43,980 nucleotides of DNA from Parvularia atlantis (GCA_943704415.1 CALSCO010000229.1:1-43980), one strand, 5' to 3'. Counted from the first letter of the stretch, positions 1-14,072 are shown. A program made the numbers and translations. The notes: generated by a model not told the origin, from the sequence alone.

Positions 1-361
1 CCGAACCCGCTTCGCATCCTTCCCTGCGCGTGCGGCGTGCGACGGGATGAGACGCCGCGTTTCACGGCTGCACGTGCACGCCACACGCGCTGCGCGGAAT
101 CACCCACGACGAGCGAAGGAGGGCGTCCGTTGAACAAGAAACGACAGCCTTGCCTGAGGGGCATGTGACACTTACGTAACACGCGTTGATTGGTTGCTTG
201 CGCATCACCAATCGTTGCGCAGCAGCTGATCAGATTTCACTCAGAACTGTCGGCGTCTGTCGCGCGGGCGATCGACGGCGGGAGCGAGGGGCACGAGCGT
301 GACGGCCGGCGTGAACTACCAGGATGAGGTCCCTCATGGCAACCGACACTACTGTGCCGTT

Positions 362-2253
362 TCAGGCGTCGGCCAGCGCCGCAATGAGCTTCTCTAACAC
401 GCCGATGCCGCGCAGGAAGACGTCGCGGTGCAGCGACTCGTTGTGGTCGTGCAGCAGGATCGGCGTGTGGTTCATGGGCGAGAAGCCGAGGCACGGGATG
501 CCGAGCTGGAGCACGAGCACGAGATGAGCTGCGGCATTCCTCGCGAACGCACGCGCCTGCCGGAAGTAGCGGCTGTCAGTAGCGGCGGGGAAGACCTCGG
601 GCTCAATCTTCCAGCCGTTGCCGTCCATCACCTTGGTGAACACGCCCCACCACATGTTCTACGCCGTCGTCTCAGCCACGGACGCGCGTGCAGCGCAGTG
701 CCGCGAGCTCACCTGCGCGGGGTCGGTCGACGTGACGTGGTGCTCGTTCGTGGTCAGGTGGTACTCGATGCTGCCCGCGCGACGTCAGGCCCCGCAGAGT
801 GCGTGGCCACGGCACGCACGACAGGCCCGGCTCGGACGCGGCCCACGACTCGAGCATCGCCTGCGCGTGCGCCCGTGCGTCACACGTATGCGCCGGACAC
901 ACGCGCGCGCGCGTGCCTTGAAGTCGGCCAGCGACACCGCCGGCGGGATGCGCACGTCGAAGCCGGCCTGGGCCTCGTGTGGCACGACGTTGAGCGTGTA
1001 GCCGCCTGGGACGACGTGCAGTGAGCACAACCGGACGCGCGCACCCTTCCTGCCGCCGCACCGAACTTGTCCGAGCCCGGCACGCCGGCCTTGAGCGCGG
1101 TCAGGTTGATCGTGACGACGTCGCCGAGCTTCTTGGCGACGCCATGCGAGCAGCCCGGGTCAAGGCGGTCCTCCTGCTCGCGGCGGAATTGGAGGGCTTT
1201 GTTGATGAACGTGACCAGCTTGTGCGGGGCGGCGTCGGCGATGAAGCGGCTGGCGTGGCCGGTGCTACCCTTGGCCTTGACTGCGTCGAGCGCGCGGGGG
1301 CGTGTCAGCGGCGTGCCTCGCACACAGCAGCAACAGCCGGCGCACACCCGTGAACCACCACGCCGCGCGCTCGCCGTAGAAGACCGTAAAGGCGTCGGTG
1401 GGCGAGGCGAGGCCCTGGCCAACCCTTTAGCCCCCGTGCGTGCGCGCACACAGGGCCCGCTCACCTCGTCGAGCGCGACGCCGACGTTCATTTGCTTGAA
1501 GAGGTCGCTCTTGACAAAGTGCGCGGCGCCGTCGATGCCGCCGATTTCCTCGTCGGGCAGGTATGACAGGTAGATTGTGCGCTGGAACGGCGACTTGCCG
1601 TGCGTCACCTTGAGGCGGCGGACGGCCTCGATGTGCTGCACGTTGCGCGAGCGTGTGAGAAGTGCGCCGCGCCGGCCGGCCAGGCCGCACCTGCATGCAC
1701 ACGCACTTCATATCCTGCGTGCCGCGCGCGTAGATGGTGCCGTCGTCGGCGAGCGTCGCATCGAACGGCGCGGTCTTCCACTTGTCCATCACGGCCGGCA
1801 CGACGTCGTAGTGGCTGCGCAGGCCGCGCGCGCACGGCGTCACGACGTGCACACGCACAGCGCACAAAGTAGTGTCCGCGCCTGTTGAGCAGCACGGACG
1901 GCAGCGACGGGTCGAGGCCTGGCGCCGTCGCGTGTGAGCGTGTGTGCTGCTGCGCGCGCGCCGCGATCCACGCGCACCCTCCCACTTGAGCACGACGACC
2001 GGCTTGCCCTCGACGTACGACACGCGCTGCGTCTCCAGGCCGATGCGCTTCCCAAACGCCTCAATAAAGTCCGCCGCGCGCTCATACGCGCCCGCGGGGC
2101 CGTCGGTCGACACGGTCGGGATCGACAGGAAGTGCAAAAAGCGCCTCACCGCCGCGTCCTCCTGCGCCCCGCCGCTCAGCACGCGCGCGCAGCAGCAGCC
2201 GCGAGACAGACAAGACGCACGGGCTCGGATCCCGCGCCGGCGGCGACAGACAT
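362..2253 (-). CDS. ACY1: Aminoacylase-1 (M20 peptidase family), multi-exon
   Basis: Spliced translation MSVAAGAGSEP|EDAAVRRFLHFLSIPTVS...SVLLNSHYDVVP...IYARGTQDMKCV...PDEEIGG...ALDEGLA...FPAATDSRYFR...GFSPMNHTPILLHDHNE. These are the ACY1 metal-binding and catalytic motifs. Stop TGA at 362-364. Confidence 0.93.
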
Positions 2254-2311
2254 GGCCGCGTGTCACTGAATGTCTCAATGGACATTTCAGCGTACACAGG
2301 TGGCGCCCCCA

Positions 2312-2331
2312 CCACGTGGCGCACCACGTGG
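2312..2331. promoter_or_regulatory. Tandem CCACGTGG E-boxes in the ACY1/DEAD-box divergent region
   Basis: CCACGTGG at 2312-2319 and 2324-2331. The 13-mer CCACGTGGCGCAC recurs at 31929-31941 before SDA1. Confidence 0.45.
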
Positions 2332-2367
2332 CGGCTCACCGCGTCGCCCACAGCCCTCCCTGCGACG

Positions 2368-3352
2368 ATGCCCGGCGTCGTGCTCGACAAGCAGGCCGGC
2401 CTGCCGTCCGCCCGCAAGCGCGCCGCGGGCGCCGAGGACGCGGCGGGCGCGGCCGCCAAGAAGGCCCGCAAGGCCGCTGCGCCGCTCGACCCGGACGCGG
2501 GCGTGTTTGACATCGTACGCGCAACCGTCGCTTGCTTCACGTGCCGCTCACGCGCCGCTCACAGGCCGCGCCCGTCGAGCCCAAGGCCCGCGAGAGCGCC
2601 GGCGCCGTGGCCGAGCCGGTCTCGGGCCTGCCGAGCGACCTCAGCCCCGCGGGAATCCGCGCGTACCACCTGATCAAGGTCTCGGGCGCCGACTGCCCCG
2701 ACCCCGTCGCCACGTTCGAGAGCGCCGGGTGCGTCTCCCGAGCCGCATCGGCCCAGCGTGCAGTTTGCTGACACGGGTCACGTGCGCACCGCGCAGCCTG
2801 CCCAAGACGCTCGTGCAGCAGCTCAAGGCGGCCGGGTTCAAGTACCCGACGGCGATCCAGAGCCAGGGCTGGCCCGTCGTGCGCACCGGGCGCGACTGCA
2901 TCGCCGTGGCCAAGACCGGCTCGGGCAAGACCGTCGCGTACCTGCTGCCGGCGATGCAGCACATCCAGGCCGCGCAAAAGGTCAGCAGCGCGCTGCCGTG
3001 CGTGCTCATCCTCGCGCCGACCCGCGAGCTCGCGATGCAGATCCAGGTGCGCGCCCTGGCCCGCCGCGTGCCGCCCTCGCTCACACGCGTGCGCGCGAAC
3101 GGCAGGAGGAGGCGCGCAAGTTCTCGCAGGCCGGCATCCGCAGCGTCTGCGTCTACGGCGGCGTACCCAAGAGCGGACAGGTGCGCGCGCAACTGCCGCG
3201 CCCCCATGTGTCCATGTGTTCGTGGCCTGACCGCCCGCTATCGCGCCAGATCCGCGCCATCCGCGCCGGCGCACAGATCCTCATTGCCACGCCCGGTCGC
3301 ATGAACGACCTGATTGAGGCGGGCGTGACGACGCTGAGCAACGTGACCTTCC

Positions 3353-3389
<37 letters not shown>

Positions 3390-4537
3390 CTTTGAGCCGC
3401 AGGCACGCGCGGCGCTACTGCATTTGGTGACTGTGCCCTGACGCGCGCACGCACACAGATCCGCCAGCTCGTCGAGGGCATCCCGAAGGAGCACCAGACC
3501 GTGTGCTTCACGGCGACGTGGCCCAAGGCCGTCCAGCGCATCGCCAACGAGTTTCTCAAGGCCGACCGCATCACCATCGACGTCAACAACAGCGCGACGG
3601 GGGTGCGCCGCGCCCCGCTGTGCCGTGATTGGCTAACGCGCGACGCGTGCCAGGACCTCGTGGCCAACACGTCGGTCGAGCAGGAGGTGCGCATCGTGTC
3701 CGAGAGCGACAAGTTTGACCTGCTGGAGGGCATCTTCAAGGTGCGCGGTGCTGCACACGCACTCTCGCCTGCTGACGTGCGGCGCTCGCCGCAGGCACAC
3801 CCGTCCGACGCGCGCATCATCGTCTTTGCCGGCACGAAGCGCGCGTGCGACCGCCTCGAGCGCGACTTGTACGCGCGCAAGTGGCAGGTGCGGCGCGCGT
3901 GTTCTCGCCGGCCGCATGGCTCACGTGGGGCACCGCAGGCGTACGCGCTGCACGGCGACAAGGAGCAGTCGCAGCGCGACTTTGTTATCAACGAGTTCCG
4001 TTCGGGCCGTGCGCCGATCCTCGTCGCGACCGACGTGGCCGCGCGCGGCCTCGACATCAAGGGTGTCAAGGTCGTGGTCAACTATGCCTTCCCGAACGAC
4101 GGTGCGTGCTCGCCGCCGCTGCGCCGCCCGCTGCCCAGCACTGACGCTCGCGCGGCGCACCAGTCGAGGACTACATCCACCGCATCGGCCGCACGGGGCG
4201 CGCGGGCGAGACCGGCAAGGCGATCACGTTTTTCACCGAGAACGACAAGAAGCACGCGCCGGCGCTCCTGCAGGTGCTTCAGCGCGCCAAGCAGCCCGTC
4301 CCGCCGGTGCGTCTGCTCTTCGTGCGGCAGCTGGACGTCGCTCACCGGCAATTGCAATCGCAGCAACTGCTCGCGTGGGGCCACCGCTTCCAGGGGCAGC
4401 GCGGCGGCGTGTCGCGGTGGGGCGGCAGCAGCAGTGGCGGGCGCGGCGGGCGCTTCAGTGGCGGCGGTGGTGGCGGTGGGCGTGGCCGCTTCAGCGGTGG
4501 TGGCGGCGGCCGCGGGCGCGGGCGTGGCGGGCGGTGA
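2368..4537 (+). CDS. DEAD-box RNA helicase, DBP2/p68-like, with C-terminal RGG tail; multi-exon
   Basis: Q motif (GFKYPTAIQ), [33 protein letters not shown], motif III as [19 protein letters not shown] and a Gly/Arg-rich end. An in-frame ATG at 2278 is an alternative start. Confidence 0.92.
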
Positions 4538-4567
4538 CGGGCGAAAGCGTTCCACATTGTGTGTTTT

Positions 4568-7500
4568 TCAGGCAGCTCCAAACACATGCGCGACAAACCC
4601 GGCCGGCTCAATGTCGCGCAGCAGCCGCAGCAGCGCCCACGCGCCGCGCTCCGACACCGAGATGTACTCATTGCCGGGCTGGTGAGCGCGCTCGCGCTGC
4701 GACGTCACCACCGACACGCACAGTCGCAGGCACACGAGCGGCAGCAGCGCTGGCAGTATGCCAATGAGCCGTCCGCAAGAGCTCAGACACGCACGCACCT
4801 TCGCGCTCAGTCGCATTGAGTGGCAGCACGGCCTCGTACGCGCGCACGAGCGTCCGTGCGCTCACGGCGACGGTGACGAAGTCGACCTCGAGCGCCGCGT
4901 GCTCGTCGCCGTCGGCGGGCTGCGGGAGCGCGACGTAGGCCAGGGCGATCGCGAGCTCGTTGACGAGGTGCGTGCGGATCGTGTCGCCAAAGTCGATCAG
5001 GCCGACGACAGACAGCTCTGTGCGTGCGCGGACGCGTGCTCAGCCATCGCGCCGCGCTTTCTGCCTTGGTCAAACGCACCGTTGTCGCTCACGAGCACGT
5101 TGTGGTCGTTAGCGTCCCCAAAGATGATCTGCGTGCGCAGGGCACCGCGGCGCGCCTCGTCGCACACAACCGACGCCTCGTAGCGGCGCAGATGCTCGGC
5201 CACGAGCGCCGTGTCCAGCAGACGCGCTCTGCGCAGCCGTGCGCGTCAGCACCGCACAGCTGGTGGTTGATGCACGGCGCACCCGCTCTCGAGGGCCTGC
5301 GACACATGCCGCGCGCCGATCGCAAGGTCCCAGTAGTCGCGAGGGCGCGGGTCTGCGTTGCGCCTGACGCGTGAGCTGCGCCACCACACGCACGCAGCAG
5401 GCGCACGCGGCACGTCGAGGTCGGCAAGCGCCACGTCCACTTTGGCCAGAACCCGCCCGAGCGATGCGATCAGCGCGGGGCCCGGCCGCATCACGTCCGC
5501 GTACAGCTTGCCCGGCACATACTGCAGCAGGCGCAGGTGCTCGTCTGAGCGCAGCGGTCACGACGGCACCCAAGCAAGCAGCACGCACTCGTGGGTGCGT
5601 GGTAGACGATCGTCTCGCCCGCAGACGACGCGATCGCGCGCGGCACGGCGAACGAGGCCGTGCACAGTGGCTGCAGGTGCTCCATCACCGCGTTCTCAAA
5701 CAGCAGGTCGTCTGCGCACGCCACTCGTCAGCGCACACGCGCATGCGGCGTCGGTGCGCACCGTGGGTCATGCGCGCCGAGGCGATCTTGAACACGAGCC
5801 GCGTGCCCGCAGCCGTCGTCAGCAGGAAGTTCTGGTCCTCGTACGACGGCAACTGCGGCGCATGCATCAGCGACCTGCAGCGTGTCGCCTTGCTGACGCG
5901 CACCCGCTTGCAGCTCGCCGCGTCCACGCCAAAGACGGCGTGCGCGAGTGCGCGCGCGCGGTCGCTTGGCATGTTAGAGGTGAAGTCGACCGCGCGCTTG
6001 AGCGCCTGCAAAGCGTGTGAGACGCCGTCAACTGCAGCAGCAGCAGTGCGACCGACCTCGTCCAGCGCCCGCACAAAGTCGTCGACGTCGGCAGCGGTGA
6101 TGCACATCGGCGGCTGCGGGCCGAGCACGATCAGCTGTTGTGGCGCTGGCAGAGCGTCTGCCGCACCTTGATCTTGAGCACATTGTCGTACGGGCCGTCG
6201 GTGCTCACGAGCACGCCGTTGGCGCGCATGTGCTTGCTGACGAAGCTTGCTGTGCTGGGGCCATCAGCGTCCGTGCATGGCGCCCACAGCAGCCGCACCC
6301 TGCACCGGTGCCGGCGTGATGTTGTCGCTGTCAAGAACCAGCTCGACGCCGATGAAGAGGCCTACGCCGCGCACGTCGCCGATGAGGGTGTGGCGTGACT
6401 GCAGCTGCCGCAGCTGCGCGAGCCAGTACGCGCCCAGGCGCAACGCTGCACACGCGAGCGCATCAGCTGCGATGCAGGGGCTGGCCTGCGAACCGTGCTC
6501 CGCCAGCCGCTCGTCTCGCACGACGCGCAGCACCGCCAGCCCAATCTCCATCGCGACCGGGTTGCCGCCAAACGTGTTGAAGTACTCCTGCCGGCCGCGC
6601 ACGCACCGTCAGCACGCAGCCGTGCGCGAGCAGCGACGCACCATGCCGTTCGCAAACGCGCTGGCGAGCGCGCGCGTTGTCACGACTGCCGCGAGCGGGA
6701 AGCCGTTGCCGATGGGCTGCGTCCGAGTGTGAGCACGGTGTCGTGCCCGCTGTACCTGCACGCAGCGCGCACCTTGCCGAGCGTGACGATGTCGGGCACG
6801 ACGCCCTCGCGCTCAAACGCCCACAGGCCGCCGGCGTCCGTGCCCATGCGCCCGAAGCCGACCTGCACCTCGTCGGCGATGCACACGCCACCGGCCGCGC
6901 GCACGGTCGCGTACGCCTCGCGCAGAAAGCCGTTGGGCAGGAACACCTGCGTCGCTCTGTCGTTGAGCAGCCCGTGTGCGCCGTGAGGGTCGCACGCGCC
7001 TGGCCGGCGCAGCCGAGCGCCGACTCTGCGATGAACGCGCCGAGACGGTGTCCTGCCGCGGCGAGGCGCTCGACAGCCGGGGCGACGTGCGCGGCGTACT
7101 TGACGCCGGCCTGCGGGTCCGCGTACTTGTGCGCGCCGCGGTAGCCGTCGGGGCAGGGCAGGACCTCGACGTGCGGCGGCCTGCCGAGTCCGCCTGCGCG
7201 ACGTTGAGAGGACGCGCGCAAGCACGAGCACGACCCCGCACCACGCCGGTTGAACTTGTACGGCGAGACGTCGATGAGCGCGGCGGTGTGGCCGTGGTAG
7301 GCGTGGTCGAGCACGATCACGCCGCGGGCGTCGCGCGTGGCGGCGCGGGCGATGCGCAGCGCGAGATCGTTGGCCTCCGAGCCCGAGTTGACGAAGAAGC
7401 ACACGCCGAGCGGCGCCGGGAAGGTCCGGCCGAGCTCCTCGGCGTAGGCGACCTTTGACGTGCGTCACGGTCAGCGCCGCACGAGCGCAGCCGAGCTGCG

Positions 7501-7854
7501 AGACGCAGCGATGCTCTCGTGCAGGTAGCGCGTGTTGGTGTTGAGCCGCGCGAGCTGCGCCTGGCCGGCCGCGACGACGCGCGGATGGCAGTGCCCGACG
7601 TGGCACACTGCGCGTGGTGCATTTGGCGCACGGCGACGCGCACGGCGACGCGCACCGTTGTTGACGCTGCACGCAGCGATCGATCAGCCAGATCGCAGCG
7701 TGCGCGGCGCAGCGCACCAGTCGAGGTAGCGCCGCCCGTCGTCCGCGTGCAGGTACTGCGCCTCACCGCGGACGACGTGCAGCGGCGCGTCGCCGTACGC
7801 GATGCTGAGCGAGGGCGCGAGCACGGACGCGCGTCGATCTCGCAGATCGGTCAT
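4568..7854 (-). CDS. Fusion of a class III aminotransferase-like phospho-lyase (PHYKPL/ETNPPL-like, N-terminal) and a hydroxylysine kinase/APH-like phosphotransferase (HYKK-like, C-terminal)
   Basis: N-part: [85 protein letters not shown]. The frame continues without a stop into [49 protein letters not shown]. An alternative start is at 7872. Confidence 0.88.
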
Positions 7855-8389
7855 GGCCAGTGAGGATCCCATCAACGTGCGTCGTCGCTTCACCGCTGCC
7901 GTTGCCGCTGCCGCCACTCACATCGCGCATCCTACGCGCAGCGCGTGCTCGATGCACGCACGCACTACGACGCGCTCGGCCTGCCCGCGCGCCTCGCGGC
8001 CTACGCCGACGTGCGCCAGGCGTACAAGCAGCGCGCGCTGCTCGTGCACCCGGACAAGCAGCCGGCGGGCACCGGCGACGACGGCGCGCGGCGGCAGCGC
8101 GCCCACGCCGCCTTCCAGAAGCTCTCGCTGGCCTTCGAGACGCTCGCGGACGAGGCGGCGCAGCGCGCGTACCTGCGCAGCCTGCCGGGCGGGTGGCGGG
8201 CCGAGCGCGAGGGCGGCGACGCGGGCAGCGCCGGTGGTGGCAGTAGCAGCAGCCGTAGCAGCAGCCGCCGCCGCAGCAGCAGAGCATCGACAGAGCGGCC
8301 GGGGACAACAGCGCCGGGGACAGCGCCGGGCCGGAAGCGGCGCAAGACGGACCGCGAGTGGTGGGAGCAGGTGCCTGTTGTCGCGCTCG

Positions 8390-8426
<37 letters not shown>

Positions 8427-8707
8427 TGCCGCCGTCCTGAGCCGACCCACGCGCTCAGATCGACATCGACGCGATCGATGAGGAGCTGAGCCGGCTCGAC
8501 GCCGAGCTCAAGGACGAGATCGAGCGGCACCGCGCGCGGGCCGAGGAGCGCGCCCAGGCCAAGCGCGCGCGTGCGGCCGCCAACGAGCAGGCGGCGCGCG
8601 AGCAGCTGCAGGCCGAGCTGGCGGCGCGCGCCGACGCGATCGACGACCGGGCGCGCGCCTGGCAGCGGTTCCAGCGGCCGGCGGCGCGTCGTGGTGAAGC
8701 TGGGTGA
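7853..8707 (+). CDS. J-domain (DnaJ/Hsp40) protein with C-terminal coiled coil, loosely DNAJC8-like
   Basis: [22 protein letters not shown]...VRQAYKQRALLVHPDKQ...AFQKLSLAFETL contains the HPD motif. The last exon is a charged coiled coil ending RARAWQRFQ...; TGA at 8705-8707. Confidence 0.85.
8392..8423. repeat. (CA)n microsatellite inside the second intron of the J-domain gene
   Basis: Pure CA tract visible in the sequence. Confidence 0.95.
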
Positions 8708-8743
8708 CGGCTTGCTCTGTCAGCATCGCTTTGTCAGCGTCAG

Positions 8744-9686
8744 ATGGCACCGGTCGCGGTCGTGGTGGGCGTGGGCGAGGGCATCAGCGGCGCGGTGGCG
8801 CGCAGGTTCGCGCGCGAGGGCTGCAAGGTCGCGCTCGTGGGCCGCACGGCCGAGAAGCTGGCCAAGGTCGAGGCTGAGATCAAGGGCGAGAACGGCCAGG
8901 CGACGTCGTATGCAGGCGTGGACGCGGGCAAGCCCGAGGCCGTCGCCGACGCCTTTGCGCGCATCCGCAAGGACCTGGGCGACCCGGACATCCTTGTGCG
9001 TCGTCGCGCGGGGGGCGCACGTTCGCGGGCGGGCGCGCTGACTGTGTGAGGGCCAGGTCTACAACGCCGCCGCCCGCCCCAGCCTCAAGCCCGTGCTCGA
9101 CATCACCGCGGCCGAGATGGCCCAGGCACTCGACGTCGGCTTCCACGGCGCGTTCCTCGCCGCGCAGCAGGTCCTGCCCGCCATGGTTGCCAAGAAGCAG
9201 GGCACGATCATCTTCACGGGCGCGACGGCGGGCCTGCGCGGCGGCGGCAAGTTCCTGACCATCGCCGCGCCCAAGTTTGCCCTGCGCGCGCTTTCGCAGT
9301 CGTGCGTGCGGCCCGGCTGCGCGGCAGCGGGCTCACGCGGCACATGGCACACGCAGCATCGCGCGCGAGTACGGTCCCAAGGGCGTGCACTCGGCTTACG
9401 TGATCATCGACGGTGCGACGCGCGGCCCCTCCTCAGCGCAGGCTTACGCCGACGCGCACGCCCAGGCATCGTCGACCTGCCTGACATGCCCGCGCACCTG
9501 CGCGACTTTGCCAAGGACAAGGTCAAGCTCAAGCCCGACGCGATCGCCGCCGAGTACTGGCGCCTGCACACGCAGGACCCGACCGCCTGGACGCAGGAGA
9601 TGGACCTGCGCCCGTGCGTGCGCGCGTGCTGTGCGGCTTCACCGGCTCACGTGCCGCGCCGCCGCAGCTACGCCGAGACCTTCTGA
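8744..9686 (+). CDS. Short-chain dehydrogenase/reductase, bacterial-type subfamily; multi-exon
   Basis: VVVGVGEGISGAVARRFAREG (Rossmann fold), LVYNAA, IIFTGATAGLRG, AAPKFALRALSQSIAREYGPKGVH, C-terminal WTQEMDLRPYAETF. Confidence 0.88.
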
Positions 9687-9878
9687 GAGCGTGCGCGCGC
9701 GTCGTGTGTCGGCTTTTCTTGCTTTGTGTGCTTGTGTCGCCGCGTGCCTGTGTGCCAAATGCCATATTCGTCGGACCACATGCGCCGCGCACGAGAGAGC
9801 CAGGGGCGACACGGTCCGCGAGGGATAGAGGGGGGAGGGGACGGAGGGCGAGCGGCGGCTCAGCTCGCGCGGCTCAGC

Positions 9879-11987
<2,109 letters not shown>

Positions 11988-12096
11988 CTGTGCTGCGGGC
12001 TGCTGCGGGGCTGCGGCGCACGGCGGTGGAGCACGATCAGGCTTCGCAGAACTAGAAAGCCCAGAGTCAGCGGCGGCGCACTTGTCACGGTCTCGA

Positions 12097-12856
12097 ATGT
12101 CGAGCGAGCTTGCGGCAGGCGCGCAGTGGGTTCGCGCGGTGTCCGCCGCCCCGCTCACTCGCTCGGGCGCGGCAGTCGTCGGGCAGTTCCACGCGACGCT
12201 GCTGGACCACAGCGCGCGCTGCGAGCGCGAGCTCAAGTTTGTGCAGCGCGAGCTTGAGGTGTGCGGAGTCGGTGCGAGCGCACTCGTTGCTGAGCGCACT
12301 CGCGACAGGGCCGCCGCGGCGACCGCGAGTGGGCGCAGCTCAACGCGAGCATCGACCTCTTGTCCAAGCTCGACACCGAGCACACGCAGACGGTGCAGCA
12401 AGCGCTGCAGGAGCACGTGCCGCGCGTGGGCCAGGAGGTCGCGCAGACGCAGCAGGCGTTTGAGCAGCTCAAGGGCACGCTCGCGCGCATCGAGGTGCGG
12501 CGGCGCCGCCCTGGCGTCTGTGTGCTGACGTGCGGCGTACTGGCCGGCAGGCCGCGCGCGACGAGGACCGCAAGCGCCGCGAGGTCGAGCGCGAGCAGAT
12601 GCGCCAGCGCCTGCACCAGGAGCTGGCGCAGCGGCGTGCGCAGGCCGACGCCGACGTCGTGGCCACGGTCAAGCGGCTGCAGGAGCAGTACCCGGCGGTG
12701 CGCCTGTCCTCGTCGGGCTCGCTGGCGGCCTCGGCGAGCGACGCTACCGTCGACTCTGCTGCCGCTGTCGTTGACGCTCCGCCGGCTGCCGCTGACGCTA
12801 CTGCTGCTGCAACGAGCGAGCCCAGCAGCCAGCCCCAGCCCGCCGCGTCAAGCTGA
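12097..12856 (+). CDS. BLOC1S5: BLOC-1 subunit 5 (Muted)
   Basis: Spliced N-terminus [35 protein letters not shown] resembles the Muted signature (H..LLDH...E..F..E.E.RG.RE) and is followed by a coiled coil. Confidence 0.75.
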
Positions 12857-12950
12857 GATGGGAACTCATTTTGTACAAGCGGGCGATACACATGATGGAC
12901 GAGGTGACGCGGCGCGTATCCGGGGGTGCGGCCGGCCCCAGCCCCCACAC

Positions 12951-13909
12951 TCACACAATGTTCTGCACATGCGCGTACTCGCGGACCTGGCCCGACGCGC
13001 GCAGCGGCGTGAGCACGAGGTGGGCGAGCCGGAAGTGGACGATGCCGAAGGGGATGCCGATGATGGTCGCGCAGTAGACCGCGGCCATGCACAGGTGGGC
13101 GAGCGCGAAGAAGGTGCCAAAGAGGAACGCCCAGATGCTGTTGCCGATCATCAGGCCCGCGCTGGACCCGAACGAGACGTCGTAGCGACTGCGGCGTGCG
13201 CGCACGCGTGTCAGCGCCGGCGGCGGGCAGGGTGCGCGTGCGCGGCAGCACGCACATGAGGCGGTTGGTGTAGGGCTGCATGGTGAAGCGCACGAGGCGC
13301 ATGACCGACGGCACGAGCGGCAGGCCGACGACCGACAGCAGCAGGAAGAGCGAGATGCCGAGGTACATGAAGTGGAACGCGAAGCCGCCTGGACGCGCGC
13401 GCGCGCGTCGCGTCAGCACAACGGCCAGGGCGGGCAGCGGCGGGCCGGACGCCGCACAGCCGAGCCAGAAGAAGAGCAGGTCGAAGACGTTGGTCTGGAG
13501 CACCATCATCGTGTCCTCCGGCACCTTGACGTCCTGCGCGCCAACGACCGGCGCCTGGCCATTGGGCACGATCGGGTAGGCCGAGTAGGCCGGGGCGGGC
13601 ACGGCACCATACATGGCTGGGTGCTGCGCGAACGGCGGCGGCGGCGCCTGCACCTGTGTACACGCACGTGCGCATCAGCCAAGCGCAGGTGCACGCGGCA
13701 GCACGCACCACCACGGGCGCCGTCTCGCTGTACTGCGGCGTCGGCGCTTCGACCGTCTTCATCACGCGGTACGCCTCGGGCACGGCCGCGGTCGGGCCGC
13801 CGTTGACGCTCGAGCCCTGCTGGTTCGGGTGCTGCTGCTCTGCGTCGCGTTCACCGCTCGTCAGCGCGCGGGGCCCGCCGCACGTGCTGCTGGTCTCACC
13901 GTAGCTCAT
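12951..13909 (-). CDS. YccF/DUF307-like membrane protein with Pro/Gln/Tyr-rich N-terminus
   Basis: Two hydrophobic repeats: NVFDLLFFWLGGFAFHFMYLGISLFLLLSVVGLPLVP..R...F...PY and GNSIWAFLFGTFFALAHL..AAVYCATIIGIPFGIVHFRLA.LVL.P. The second matches the YccF repeat consensus. Start is approximate. Confidence 0.75.
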
Positions 13910-14002
13910 GGGTGGCGGGGCGGTGGGCAAGGCCGGCTCGGTGGGCGTGCGGACGGGAAGGAGGTGCAGCGCGTGGGGAGCCTTAAAGGCTTGCGAGGCG
14001 GA

Positions 14003-14036
14003 CGGGAACTTCCCGGCTTACCACGGGGAAGTCCCC
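14003..14036. promoter_or_regulatory. Two kappaB-like palindromic sites in the divergent YccF/PUS10 intergenic region
   Basis: CGGGAACTTCCCG at 14003-14015 and GGGGAAGTCCCC at 14025-14036; both fit GGGRN(W)YYCC-type sites. Function is inferred. Confidence 0.35.
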
Positions 14037-14072
14037 CAAACCCTCCAGAGTCTTTTAGAATCCTGACAGCGC

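Noticed and set aside
8690..8746. Splice fusion of the J-domain gene to the SDR through the CAG before ATG 8744
   Set aside because: The nearby GT donors are not in the phase needed, and both proteins look complete on their own.
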